Positions 48,016 through 58,409 of a stretch of 64,000 nt of DNA are shown in pieces; within the stretch, counting starts at the first letter, position 1; every line of letters begins with the position of its first letter. Below the pieces are notes generated by a model. It was given only the letters and a program-made list of their open reading frames with translations. It was not told where the DNA came from and made no database searches. The stretch comes from an uncultured Methanosarcinales archaeon (GTDB lineage Archaea; Nanobdellota; Nanobdellia; Woesearchaeales; GW2011-AR9), in the NCBI GenBank assembly GCA_964344235.1, contig CAYFMJ010000001.1, positions 96,001 through 160,000 of the forward strand, read 5' to 3'. The position numbers and the translations under genes are program-made.

Positions 48016-50583
48016 ATGAAAAGAGGGCAGATAACTGTGTTTATTATAGTTGGTATTATTGTGTTATTTGTCTTTCTGTTGCTGATTCAGTTAAGTAGTT
48101 CATTTGAAAAAGAACAGTTGGAACAGCAGCAAGAGGGGATTCTTACCAAAGCATTCTATAAAGAGGGGTTACGGTTGTTTGTAGAGGATTGCTTAGAAGA
48201 TGAATTATCAAACGGTTTAGTGTTATTGGGCAAGCAAGGAAGATTATGGGATGAAGGTGGTGGAGTATTGGGGTTTGAGAATGGCGTAACAGGTGTGCAA
48301 TTCGGTGAAGATCAAGTGTTTTATGGAATTACACGAGAAGATCATGAGTTACCTGAAGCATATCCTTGTGATGAACATACAGGGGAGGAGCCAGCGTTTT
48401 GTCAATATGGTTATCCCAATATCTCGGTAGGCTTTGGAGAGAAGTCGTTATTTACAACAGAACATTTACAGGAAGATTTAACACGTTATGTTTCCATTAA
48501 GACTGTTGAGTGTGTTGATTCTTTTGTGAAAGAAAATGTTTCGCAAAGCGCAGTATTGGTGACGGAGAAACCAGAGGTAAGCGTTACATTATTGCCACAG
48601 GGAATTCCTGTTCAGGTTGATTATCCAATTCGCTTTTCGGTTGGAGGGGAGGAGTTTTTTTCATTAGCATCGTTTGATTTCTTTTACCCTTCAGAGTTTG
48701 GTAGATTTGTGCAGAAAGCAGCAGTGTTTCCGATGAAGTGGGATCAGCTGTTTGTCGATTTTGATTACAGTGAAGAAGTGTTTATTGATGAGAAATTTAC
48801 GTACGGGTCTGTAAAGGAGATAGGGGAATGTGAGGGGGTAGTGGGTGAGTACTTCTGCGAAAGAGCATTGTCGCCATATACTGGAGGAATTCCTGTGCAA
48901 ATGAAGAAAGATGAGGTTGCGGGTGATACCGTGTTTACGTTTTCGTATCCGTGGAGTAGCGTGATTGCGTCTTCTGTTGATGTTATTGATGTACCACAAG
49001 ATAGCATGTATCGCTTTAGAATTGCACGGCAAAACAGGCCGCCAGCATTGGAGTATGAAGAGAGGTTAAGTTGTATTAGTGAAGAGTATGATTATTTAGT
49101 AATTAAAGGAAGTCAGAATTATGATGAAGTAGAGATTAGTTTAGATGCAATGGACCCAGATGAAGATGAAGAGTTAGTGTATAGTTTTGAATCTTCATTG
49201 AGTGGTGTTGTGGAAGGAAATACGTTTACTGTTTCTGGCGAGGCTTTGCCCGATGAAACAGGAGTGTATGATGTTGTAGGAAGTGTTGAGGACGAACATG
49301 GTTTGGTGGATTCGCAGAGAATTAGAGTGTTGGTGGATAGAGATGTGGGGGCAGAGTTGTCACTACACATGCCGTATGATTTAGGAGAAAGAGGCTTGTA
49401 TGAAGAGATTTATAGTCCTGAAAATGGATATATTGTGTCGGTGGAAGATCCGATATTTTTTGACGTGCAAATGCCGTTGAAGAGTGCAGGAGCGACGTTT
49501 GAAGAGACGACATTGACGTACACAGGGGATGAAGAATTTGTATTTACGCTGTCTGAGTTAAGTGACTTTGGTGGAGGTGGGTGTTTCAGTTTTCCTGGGT
49601 TTTTGCTTGGAAAATGTGGTGATGAGGAAGGTTTAGGATTTTATGGCGAGTATGTTGTAAGTGATGCTGGCACGGTTGATGATACTTCAAAAATATGGAA
49701 TTGGAAAACGTGGTTGAATGACCCTAGCAATGTGAAACCGAAAACAATGCCAACAAACTTCTTTAAAGAGGTTAAGGGGGGGGAAGATTTAATCTTAGAT
49801 GTTGATGTGAGTTATTGTAGTGAAGAGTTGGATATCCCTGAAATAACGATTCCCCTGAATGTGGTTGAATGTTTACCACATAAGAATGCAGATCATCCAT
49901 TTCCGTACCCATACCATACTGTTAAAGTTGATCCAGAAACGGGTGAGAGAAGTGAAGAGGAGATTAATCCATTTTTAGCAGAGCATGCCTGTTGTGGGAA
50001 TTTCGAGTATAAGAAACCAGAGGAAGTTTGTTATGAAAGTCTGCCAGAGCAAGGCTGTTTTGGTTTAGCATCTGATGATTTGGTATTATTATCGGATGGA
50101 AATACTGATTTAGAAGATCTTGCAGGGTATATTGTGGAAGAGAGAGTAGAGAAAGCATATTGTACCGGAGACCGAGGGAATGTATGTGGTGAAGGAAACT
50201 TTGAGAGTGTTATTGTCGATGGGGGAAAATGTGGAAATAGAGAAGCGTATGGGGGCACGTGTAATAAGGTGCATGGTTATTGTGAGGACCTGGACCCGTG
50301 GAGTATTAATGAGGAGGAGAAAGCATGGTGTAATGGGCCAGTTGGTTGTGGGACAACAACGAGTGTTTGTACAACGTCTATTGTGTATACTGGCTCTGTG
50401 CCAAATGTTTTTGCGGGTGGCAACGTTGAAAATACTATTCAAGCAAATAATCAAGATTTTCAATGTGGTGGATGCACGTTTGAAGGCCAACAATGTTTCT
50501 TGTTGTTCAGTGGAGTGCCTGCAACGTGTAATAAACTTGGAGCGGGCGTGTTTGAATGTGGTGGCGGAGGTAAAGGGGGATGA
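48016..50583 (+). CDS. Large pilin-like protein with class III signal peptide
   Basis: MKRG|QITVFIIVGIIVLFVFLLL; Ig-like 'NRPP.L...D.MDPD.D', Cys-rich C-terminus. Confidence 0.75.
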   Translation: MKRGQITVFIIVGIIVLFVFLLLIQLSSSFEKEQLEQQQEGILTKAFYKEGLRLFVEDCLEDELSNGLVLLGKQGRLWDEGGGVLGFENGVTGVQFGEDQVFYGITREDHELPEAYPCDEHTGEEPAFCQYGYPNISVGFGEKSLFTTEHLQEDLTRYVSIKTVECVDSFVKENVSQSAVLVTEKPEVSVTLLPQGIPVQVDYPIRFSVGGEEFFSLASFDFFYPSEFGRFVQKAAVFPMKWDQLFVDFDYSEEVFIDEKFTYGSVKEIGECEGVVGEYFCERALSPYTGGIPVQMKKDEVAGDTVFTFSYPWSSVIASSVDVIDVPQDSMYRFRIARQNRPPALEYEERLSCISEEYDYLVIKGSQNYDEVEISLDAMDPDEDEELVYSFESSLSGVVEGNTFTVSGEALPDETGVYDVVGSVEDEHGLVDSQRIRVLVDRDVGAELSLHMPYDLGERGLYEEIYSPENGYIVSVEDPIFFDVQMPLKSAGATFEETTLTYTGDEEFVFTLSELSDFGGGGCFSFPGFLLGKCGDEEGLGFYGEYVVSDAGTVDDTSKIWNWKTWLNDPSNVKPKTMPTNFFKEVKGGEDLILDVDVSYCSEELDIPEITIPLNVVECLPHKNADHPFPYPYHTVKVDPETGERSEEEINPFLAEHACCGNFEYKKPEEVCYESLPEQGCFGLASDDLVLLSDGNTDLEDLAGYIVEERVEKAYCTGDRGNVCGEGNFESVIVDGGKCGNREAYGGTCNKVHGYCEDLDPWSINEEEKAWCNGPVGCGTTTSVCTTSIVYTGSVPNVFAGGNVENTIQANNQDFQCGGCTFEGQQCFLLFSGVPATCNKLGAGVFECGGGGKGG

Positions 50584-51650
50584 GAGCAGCCCTTATTCTC
50601 TTTTTGGTTTTTCTTTTCGTTCCTTTTGTGCTAGCAGATTCGGGGTGTTTTGTGTTTCAGGATAGTGCACTGTATTGTGTTGAAGTTTCAGAGGAAGAAG
50701 CGGAGCAGGAATGTGGCTTCTTTGATAATTGTGATATTGTGGAGGTATTTTTAGAAGGAAGTAGTTGTGATAAGCATAGTGTGCCGGAATGTGAAACAGT
50801 GCTGTGTAAAAGTACTTGTTCGGAAGAGTTTTTAGGCACGTGTCTGGGTGGGAGAGTTCCAATCGGAGAAGAAGGGCAGTGGTGTTCACCTGGTTGTTGT
50901 TCTTTCGAGGATAATTGTGGGTTTGAGCAGAGTGGGTGGTTATGTAATGTGAACGCACAGAATAAGGGTGTTACTGAGTTTTCCTATAGTACTTTGTTGG
51001 GGGAAGCAGGTTGTCAATCGTTATGCCAACAGGATGATGTGACGAAGAATAGTTTATTGGGGCCAGTGAAGTTTAAAACGGAATCAATTAAGCCACTTGT
51101 TCCGCCGCCTGTAGCGGTTGCTGTGGGTGAAGGAAGTAGTGATGCTGGGGAGGATATTAATACTGGTTCTTCGTTGCTTGGTTCAGTGCTGTTTTGGGTT
51201 TTGCTATTGTTGATTGGGTTGTTTGTAGCGTATTATTTTCACTCAAAGCGGTTTGTGAATTGGAAAGATCTCTTTGATTGGATTTTAGGGAAGGGGCAGG
51301 AAGAGCGAGAGGTTGTTGTGAAGGAAAAGGGTAAAGATGTGCCTGTGCGGGTTTCCGTACCGGAACATTCAGAGCGTGTTAAACGATTGCATGCGAAAAG
51401 AAAACATAAAGTTCACAAGCAGGAACGGGAAGAGTTTTTAGCAGAACATGGGCTAAGTGTTGGAGATGAATCCGTACAAAAATTACAACGATTTGTAGAG
51501 AAACATGTTGCTAGTAGGCCATTATTTCATAATTTGGATCATTTAGTTGAAAAACGGCAGGAACATCTCGCAAAAACTGTGAAAAAGCCGGTGCGTAAGG
51601 CAAGGAAAAAAGATATTTTTGAAGAGTTGCGGAAGATGGCAAGAAAATAG
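50580..51650 (+). CDS. Cys-rich single-pass membrane protein with basic cytoplasmic tail
   Basis: Signal peptide, Cys-rich module ('SGCFV...LYCVE...CSPGCC'), TM at about aa 200-220, tail ending 'DIFEELRKMARK'. Confidence 0.75.
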   Translation: MRAALILFLVFLFVPFVLADSGCFVFQDSALYCVEVSEEEAEQECGFFDNCDIVEVFLEGSSCDKHSVPECETVLCKSTCSEEFLGTCLGGRVPIGEEGQWCSPGCCSFEDNCGFEQSGWLCNVNAQNKGVTEFSYSTLLGEAGCQSLCQQDDVTKNSLLGPVKFKTESIKPLVPPPVAVAVGEGSSDAGEDINTGSSLLGSVLFWVLLLLIGLFVAYYFHSKRFVNWKDLFDWILGKGQEEREVVVKEKGKDVPVRVSVPEHSERVKRLHAKRKHKVHKQEREEFLAEHGLSVGDESVQKLQRFVEKHVASRPLFHNLDHLVEKRQEHLAKTVKKPVRKARKKDIFEELRKMARK

Positions 51651-51717
51651 TGCGTTTCTTCCACGGTAGGCAGCTACAAACATTTATAAACGGCAACTGT
51701 TTCTTGTAGACGTAGAT

Positions 51718-54700
51718 ATGATGTGTAAAAAAAGGGGTTTCATATTAGTAGTTTTAGCTTTGTTTTTAGTAGTTCTTTCTAGTTTCGTTTTTGCAGAATC
51801 TTCAGGATGCTATGTTTATGCTTCGGGAAGTTCTGATTTATATTGTGTAGAGAATGTGTTAGAAAGTGCAGCAACAGCTGATTGTAATCTATTTGGGGAT
51901 TGTGATATTAATGAAGCGTTCTTGGAGAATACAGCGTGTTCTTCCGTAGCAGCGTGTGAGGTTGTAACGTGTAATGTTGATTGTCAGGATAGGACGTTAG
52001 GGAAATGCCAGGAATTGGGAGAAGAATTATACGGGGTTCCAGGAGAAGCGGTACCGTTTGAGGAGTATGATGCAATCTGTAGCCCCGGATGTTGTGTTTT
52101 AACATCTCCAGGCGGTGATCAGACGTGCCAACCGAATTTACCGTTACAATGTGATGATTTGGCAACAAAAAAGGGGTTTGATATGAGTTTCCTGCCAGGG
52201 GTTGTAGGTGCTTCCTGTATTAACAGTTGTGGAGCAGATGTGGAGAAAGGAAATTTAGTGGTTACAGTTGTTAATGATGAGGGTGATGGTGTTGTGGCGA
52301 GTGTTTCGCTGGTTGGTTTTACTGAAATTGCAGAATCAAAAGGAAACGGCGTATATGAATTTAGTGAATTAACTCCATCAACGTATGTAGTGAAAGTTTC
52401 AGCTGCAGGATTTGGTAGTGAAAGTGTCTCTGTGATTGTGGAGGGGGAGGTTACGGAAGTTAGTGTGGTGTTAAGTCCAGTTGAGGGTGTTGGTTCTATT
52501 TCTGGAGTTGTGAATGGAGAAGGAGAGCCGTTGAGTGGGGCAACGGTCTTTGTGCAGGGAGGAGGAATTGAGGAAATTGCAACGACTTTAGGAAATGGTG
52601 CGTTTAGTTTTGATAACTTGGAAGCAGGAAGTTATGTGGTGACGGCAAGTAAAGTTGGTTATAAGAGTTTGTCACAGCCAGTGTTGCTGCAGGAAGGTGC
52701 TGAGAAAGTATTAACGTTTGATTTAGAGGAAACGTCATTAGAAGGAGTTACCGTTACAGCGTTTGTAGAAGGGAATGCACAACCTGGGGTTTCAGTGTTT
52801 GTGGATGGGAAGTTTAAAGGGAAAACAAAATTTCAAACGGATGGTAGTTTATTCATTCCGTTTTTGGAAGAGGGAGAGCATACGTTCTTTGCAACATTTC
52901 AAGGAGTGTATGAATCTGGGGAAGAAGTGTTTGAAGTGGAAGGTGGAGAGGAGCAAGAATTTGAGCTATTTCTGAAGAAAACGTTTGGTGAATGTAGTTT
53001 TGGACAGCCAAATGACCATAAAAATGTTGAAGTGTTTGCGTTGGAACATGTGTTGGGGAAGGAACAAGTAGGGTTGGTGTGGGAGACACCGTGTCCAGAA
53101 GTGGTAAGTTATTTGGTTGAGAAACAGGAAGTTGGTAGTGAAGCGGTTGAACAGATGTCGTTTTCTATTGGCCAGACAGAGTATATTGATGCAGATGTGG
53201 AATGGGGAACATCATATGTGTACAGAATAAAAGCGTATTATGTTGACGGCTCTTCTCCGCGTTATTCAGAGCAGTGGAATGAACAGACCATTGTGATGGG
53301 AAGTGCGGAGTGTGAGAATGGGTTCTTTGAGACAGGTGCAGGGCATTCGTTTTGTCAAGCCGGTAGTGAGAATAAGAAGACGGTTTTTACGTGTAGTGCG
53401 GAGAATCAAGTTATTCCGCAGCAGCAATGTGCAGATGCTCCGGGAGAGTTGTTTTATTGCAGTCCAATTATAGAGTTCACAGCGGGTTGTAAGAGCGATA
53501 GTGCATGTTCCTTAGCAGGAACACCGTTTGGGTTGTTTAGCACAGAAGAAAGTTGTTATGGAGTAGAGGCGAGTGCGGCAGTTAGCGGAGGGGCAGCGAA
53601 TTATTGTTATTACGATGCAGCTGCGGTTGAGGTTAGTACTGTTGTTAACCAGTGTGTAAGTTGTGCAAATGTGGAAAGCTGTTTCGATTATCAAAGCGAA
53701 GATGCGTGTGGCGTTAACTCCTGCTTAAGTGAAGTGTGTAAGTGGGTTGAGGGAGCGTCTTCTCCAGAGTTAGTTGATTACAGTTTATTTTATTCCAGTT
53801 ATAATGAGGAATCGCTGTTTGTTGGAGAGGAAACGGGGGCGGGTTATTGTGTGCCGGAGGAGAAATATGAAGAAACAGATGCCTGTGGTTTATGTAGCGC
53901 AGGTTCAACGTTATTTGAAAATTATTACTGTACTGCTGATGTCTGTTCCAATTTAGGGGCGTGTTATTCTGAGAATAGTTTGAGTGAGTGTAATGAGTGT
54001 CAGGAAGTTCCAACAGGAAGTGTTAGTTGTGAGACCTACGTAACGGAGCAGGAATGTAACGGTGTAGGTGGCAGTAGTAAGGATGCATATGAACGAATCA
54101 CGCGATCTGCAGATAGTTGCAGTTGGGGTGCATGTGTCTGGGAAGGATTAGAGAATGGAGCAGGGCAATGTGTGAAAGATGGTGACGCTGATGGGGCAAA
54201 TGATTGTTTAACAATCCCGCAAGGGGGAAATGCGGCAGCTTGTAGAGCTGACGTAACACCACCAAGTACTTCACTGAGTGCAGCGGAAACGGCAATTGTT
54301 TCAATTGGAAAACCAGAGTTAACGTTTGTGGGAGATGACTCTTCAGAGAAGTTGTTACAGCAAAATCAATTAGGGGAGTTGTGGTATTGTGTTACGCCGC
54401 TGGGAGTGGACACCTGTACCAGTGAGCATTTTGAAGTTGTTCCGTATTCTGGTAATTTAATTACAGAAGAGTTGGTAATTGATGTTACTGATTCAGATTT
54501 CTTTGCAGATGGTGTTGCGGGTGAGACATATTTACTAAAGTTCTTTTCGAAAGATATTTACTCAAACCAGGAAGATGTACAGGAAGTGTATATTTACGCA
54601 GATTTAGTGTTACCGTCGTTTACGATTGGTGATGAAATTACAATAAATGGTGATGTGGCAGATCTAACGGTGTTCTTAGAGGATCTGAATGAACCAGTAA

Positions 54701-57700
54701 GTTGTACATTTACATTGGAGCCGATTATTGGGTTTGAAAGTGTGAAGACGGTTACAGTTCCACGAGATGCACAGGTGAAGTCAGCGACGTTTACTGGTTT
54801 ACAGGGAGTAAGTTATGACTTAAGCGTTGAATGTGAAGATGATTTTGCAAATGTTCATAGTGAAAGTAAGAAGTATGTGTTTAATTATGATCAATCCATT
54901 TCTTTAATTAATCCGCCGTTCTTAGGAGCGATTGCCCAGAATGCTGTGCAGTTTGAAGTGTCTACCGTCGTTGCGTCACAATGTGAGTTGTATGAAACCG
55001 CAACCAATACGTTGTTGGGCGTATTTGCAACGAATGAAGAAGGGAAAAGTCATTTAACAGAACCAGTTGGTGGATTATTTGAGGGAGAGTATGCAGCGGA
55101 ACATAAAGTTCGATGTGTTGAGGATTTATCGGGAAAGGAAGCGGAAGCGTATTTCCATTTCTTTGTTGATTTTACACCCCCACAAACATTGATTACCTTA
55201 CAGGAAGGAAGTCATGTTGCTTCTCCTACAGAGTATGGGTGGGAGGTGTCGTTTATTGACAGTGCTGATGTGAGCTTTGTGTGTGATGCCGGAAATGGTG
55301 GATTTGCCTGTGATGAGACGCTGTATTGTTTGGGAGAAGGATGCGAATTAGCATCTAGCCCAGGGTATGTTACCTATGAAGCGCCGTTTACTGTTACTGA
55401 GACAACGGAAATTTGTTATTACTCAACTGATATTGGCAATACACCATTTCCGTTTGTGACTTGTGGAGATATTTTAGTTGAGGGAGCTGGTGTGACGTTA
55501 GAGAAACCAACGCCATACATGTTTGTTGGAGAAGTATGGGGTGTGAGTAATGAACCGGTGTTTGAGTGGCAATTCTTTACCAAAGTGCCAACACAGGAAT
55601 GTGCGTTTGACTTTACTGAGAATATTGATGTTGAAACGATTGAACCGTTTAAGAAATTGCAAAATGTTGGGGGGAAATATCTGTTTGAAGGATTCCCTGG
55701 CGAGGTGATTAGTGCGTATGGAAGTGCTGGTGGCGTGAAGACGTTATATGTGCAGTGTGCGAATGCGTTTGAATTAGTAGGAAGTCCACAGAAGATGCAT
55801 TTGGAATATGATCCTACAGCGCCTTCGATTTTGAGTGTGGGGGCGGAGCCAAATCCTGTGCTTGAGGGAATTACAGTATTGTTAAGTGTGGAAACGGATG
55901 ATAAGTCAGTGTGTAAGTACAGCGACGTTTCTAACGGTGGTGGTAGCAAGGAATATCAAACCATGGAATTTTCATTTCCGGGAGAGGAAGAAGGAGTGAT
56001 GTATATTGGTCATGAAGATATTTTCTGGTTAAGTGTAACCCAGCCACAGCAGGAATTTACGATTGCAGTGCAATGTATGAACGGGGCGGGAGATTTATCA
56101 GAGGTTGAGGAGATAGGGTTCTTTGTGGATTATACTGCTTTGGGAAGTATCTTGTCGTTGTTACCTGATGGATATACAGCTGCGACGAATGTTACGCTGC
56201 AAGCAGAGACGAGTAAAACAGGTTGGTGTGAATATAAAGTTGATGAAGAGTATATTGTGTTTGCTGAAACAACTGGAAAGACACACTCTCAACCAATTGG
56301 CGCTGCTGATGAAGGGGAGTATATTTTCCCGGTACAATGTACAATGGGTGACCATACAGTGCCTGGCGTGATTGATTTTGTGGTTGATAGAACCGCTCCA
56401 GTGATCTCGGAAGTGGAGGATTATACATATAGTTGTGGTGCTGATGAGTTAAGTGTGATGGTGTATTCCGATGAAGAAAATATTAGTCAGTACTTCTATG
56501 ATGTGTTTGAGAAAGGAAGCAAGTTTGTAGGAACAAATGGCTCTTCCGTGGCAAGTGGTTCGTTGTTAAGTGATACAGTAAGTGGAGAGCTACCATTAAA
56601 GATTCCAACTGATGATTTAGAAGAGAATAAAAGTTATTTTGTGAAAGTGGGTGCGATTGACGCGGCGGGGAACTTAGGTAAAGTAGTGCAGAGTGATGGG
56701 GTTACTATAACGGATGCAGATCATGCTGGTTGTGAGGAAGATGGTGGTTTAGGGGTTACGTTTGAAAGTTTAACGAATGCATCGTGTACATCGCAGAGTA
56801 TCGCATTAAAATGTAGTGATAGTGCCGGATGTGGTGTGATTGAGTATGGCACGAGTGGAGACTCGGCTTCTTGTGTTGCTGAGAAAGCATATACTGGGCA
56901 GAATATTCAATTTGAAGAGGCAGGCTGGTTATGTTATTATGTAGAAAGTTACTCTGGAGAGAATGCTAGTGGTAGTACGTTAGTACAGTTTGACGATGAG
57001 GATGGTGACGGGATCCACGATAGTTGTGACTTGTGTGAAAACACAGATTCGGGAAAAGTTGTTGGGAGTAATGGTTGTGCTGATGGGCAACTTCCTCCAG
57101 ATAAGCAGAAAGAGGACAAAGATAAAGATGGTTTACCTGATGCATGGGAGAAATTATATGATGCAAATGGTTGTGAGTTGTCTCTATTGAGTGCAGATTC
57201 TGACGATGATGGTATTTCGGATGCAGATGAAGATTATGATCAAGACGGTTACAGTAATTTCCAGGAATATCAAGTTGGTTCCGATCCATGTAATGATGAT
57301 TCGTATGATTTAAGTGACTCTCAATTCCCGAGCGGCGATAGTGGCACGGGGGGAGTTGGTAAGAGTGGTGGTGCTGACGTCGTAGCGTGGGTGTTCTTGA
57401 TTGTTGGATTATTGTTAGTGCTAGGTGGTGTTGGCTACTTAGTATATTACTACAAGTACGCTCCTTCAAGGGGAAAAAGAGGTGTACCTGTGAGGCCGAG
57501 AGTAGGTGTTGCACGTCCTGTTGTAATGCAGAAGAAAAAGAGTGTCTTTGACACATTGTTTTCTGGGTTGCAGCGGAAGAAACGTGATGTGACAAAAGAT
57601 CGGTCTCGCAGGTCTGTTTTCTCCGAGTTCAGTTCGGATTCAGCGAGGATTCCACATGTTGATGCGGCATTACGGGGAGAAAGGAGTCATGAGCGATTAC

Positions 57701-57903
57701 ATAGTTTAGCGAAGAAGTATGTTAAGCATAAAGAAGATATTAAACCAGGATTACGAGCGGGTGAGAAGAGTGTGTTTGCGCGGTTAGATAGTATTGCGAA
57801 GCAATCGTCGCCGAAGGATGTGAAGAAGGTTGTAAGTAAAAAGGAAGCGAACGATATTTTTAGCAAGCTAGAAAAGATAAGTAGGAAGAGGAAGAAGAAA
57901 TGA
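51718..57903 (+). CDS. Giant (2,061 aa) Cys-rich adhesin-like membrane protein
   Basis: Signal peptide; carboxypeptidase-regulatory/PEGA-like repeats ('G.F.FDNLEAGSY.VTASK.GY'), Fn3-like 'GTSYVYRIKAY', Ig-like repeats, TSP3-like DxDxDG repeats, TM, basic tail ending 'DIFSKLEKISRKRKKK'. Confidence 0.82.
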   Translation: MMCKKRGFILVVLALFLVVLSSFVFAESSGCYVYASGSSDLYCVENVLESAATADCNLFGDCDINEAFLENTACSSVAACEVVTCNVDCQDRTLGKCQELGEELYGVPGEAVPFEEYDAICSPGCCVLTSPGGDQTCQPNLPLQCDDLATKKGFDMSFLPGVVGASCINSCGADVEKGNLVVTVVNDEGDGVVASVSLVGFTEIAESKGNGVYEFSELTPSTYVVKVSAAGFGSESVSVIVEGEVTEVSVVLSPVEGVGSISGVVNGEGEPLSGATVFVQGGGIEEIATTLGNGAFSFDNLEAGSYVVTASKVGYKSLSQPVLLQEGAEKVLTFDLEETSLEGVTVTAFVEGNAQPGVSVFVDGKFKGKTKFQTDGSLFIPFLEEGEHTFFATFQGVYESGEEVFEVEGGEEQEFELFLKKTFGECSFGQPNDHKNVEVFALEHVLGKEQVGLVWETPCPEVVSYLVEKQEVGSEAVEQMSFSIGQTEYIDADVEWGTSYVYRIKAYYVDGSSPRYSEQWNEQTIVMGSAECENGFFETGAGHSFCQAGSENKKTVFTCSAENQVIPQQQCADAPGELFYCSPIIEFTAGCKSDSACSLAGTPFGLFSTEESCYGVEASAAVSGGAANYCYYDAAAVEVSTVVNQCVSCANVESCFDYQSEDACGVNSCLSEVCKWVEGASSPELVDYSLFYSSYNEESLFVGEETGAGYCVPEEKYEETDACGLCSAGSTLFENYYCTADVCSNLGACYSENSLSECNECQEVPTGSVSCETYVTEQECNGVGGSSKDAYERITRSADSCSWGACVWEGLENGAGQCVKDGDADGANDCLTIPQGGNAAACRADVTPPSTSLSAAETAIVSIGKPELTFVGDDSSEKLLQQNQLGELWYCVTPLGVDTCTSEHFEVVPYSGNLITEELVIDVTDSDFFADGVAGETYLLKFFSKDIYSNQEDVQEVYIYADLVLPSFTIGDEITINGDVADLTVFLEDLNEPVSCTFTLEPIIGFESVKTVTVPRDAQVKSATFTGLQGVSYDLSVECEDDFANVHSESKKYVFNYDQSISLINPPFLGAIAQNAVQFEVSTVVASQCELYETATNTLLGVFATNEEGKSHLTEPVGGLFEGEYAAEHKVRCVEDLSGKEAEAYFHFFVDFTPPQTLITLQEGSHVASPTEYGWEVSFIDSADVSFVCDAGNGGFACDETLYCLGEGCELASSPGYVTYEAPFTVTETTEICYYSTDIGNTPFPFVTCGDILVEGAGVTLEKPTPYMFVGEVWGVSNEPVFEWQFFTKVPTQECAFDFTENIDVETIEPFKKLQNVGGKYLFEGFPGEVISAYGSAGGVKTLYVQCANAFELVGSPQKMHLEYDPTAPSILSVGAEPNPVLEGITVLLSVETDDKSVCKYSDVSNGGGSKEYQTMEFSFPGEEEGVMYIGHEDIFWLSVTQPQQEFTIAVQCMNGAGDLSEVEEIGFFVDYTALGSILSLLPDGYTAATNVTLQAETSKTGWCEYKVDEEYIVFAETTGKTHSQPIGAADEGEYIFPVQCTMGDHTVPGVIDFVVDRTAPVISEVEDYTYSCGADELSVMVYSDEENISQYFYDVFEKGSKFVGTNGSSVASGSLLSDTVSGELPLKIPTDDLEENKSYFVKVGAIDAAGNLGKVVQSDGVTITDADHAGCEEDGGLGVTFESLTNASCTSQSIALKCSDSAGCGVIEYGTSGDSASCVAEKAYTGQNIQFEEAGWLCYYVESYSGENASGSTLVQFDDEDGDGIHDSCDLCENTDSGKVVGSNGCADGQLPPDKQKEDKDKDGLPDAWEKLYDANGCELSLLSADSDDDGISDADEDYDQDGYSNFQEYQVGSDPCNDDSYDLSDSQFPSGDSGTGGVGKSGGADVVAWVFLIVGLLLVLGGVGYLVYYYKYAPSRGKRGVPVRPRVGVARPVVMQKKKSVFDTLFSGLQRKKRDVTKDRSRRSVFSEFSSDSARIPHVDAALRGERSHERLHSLAKKYVKHKEDIKPGLRAGEKSVFARLDSIAKQSSPKDVKKVVSKKEANDIFSKLEKISRKRKKK

Positions 57904-58409
57904 ACACCCGAGGAATGGCGATCGGCCAGGTGTTTATTTTTATCGTTGCTGCAATTACGTTTGCACTGATTATGATTTTTGGTGGAAAAGCAATTGTTGA
58001 TTTTATCGGTCAGGGGGAACAGGTAGAGTTTGTACAATTTAAGACAGATGTAGAAACCTCGGTGCAACAAATTTATACTGAGTTTGGCGCGATTCGAGAG
58101 AAAGAGTTTAGTTTGCCGCCTTCGTATGAGCAAGTGTGTTTTGTTGATTTAGATTATGAAAATGAAGAGAGTGTTGTGTTGTTACGTGGGAAAGATCCGG
58201 TAGCGGCGGATGCATGGCAAACGGCAATGGAAGAGGGGGGGTATGGCGGTTTTGATGTGAATGTGTTTTTAACGCCGACAGCTCCCAATCCAATAAAAGT
58301 TCATCCGATCAAGATGGATAATGGTTTTTTATGTGTTGATGTCGTGCAGGGGGAATTTACAATTCTGCTTGAAGGAAAAGGAGACCATACGTTTCTGTAT
58401 ACAAAATGA
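57900..58409 (+). CDS. Pilin-like protein (class III signal peptide)
   Basis: MNTRG|MAIGQVFIFIVAAITFALIMIFG. Confidence 0.7.
   Translation: MNTRGMAIGQVFIFIVAAITFALIMIFGGKAIVDFIGQGEQVEFVQFKTDVETSVQQIYTEFGAIREKEFSLPPSYEQVCFVDLDYENEESVVLLRGKDPVAADAWQTAMEEGGYGGFDVNVFLTPTAPNPIKVHPIKMDNGFLCVDVVQGEFTILLEGKGDHTFLYTK

Noticed and set aside
43021-57903. Diversity-generating retroelement target/template pairs among the surface genes
   Set aside because: No reverse transcriptase in the window and no near-identical adenine-variable repeat noticed by eye; a self dot-plot would be needed to exclude it fully.
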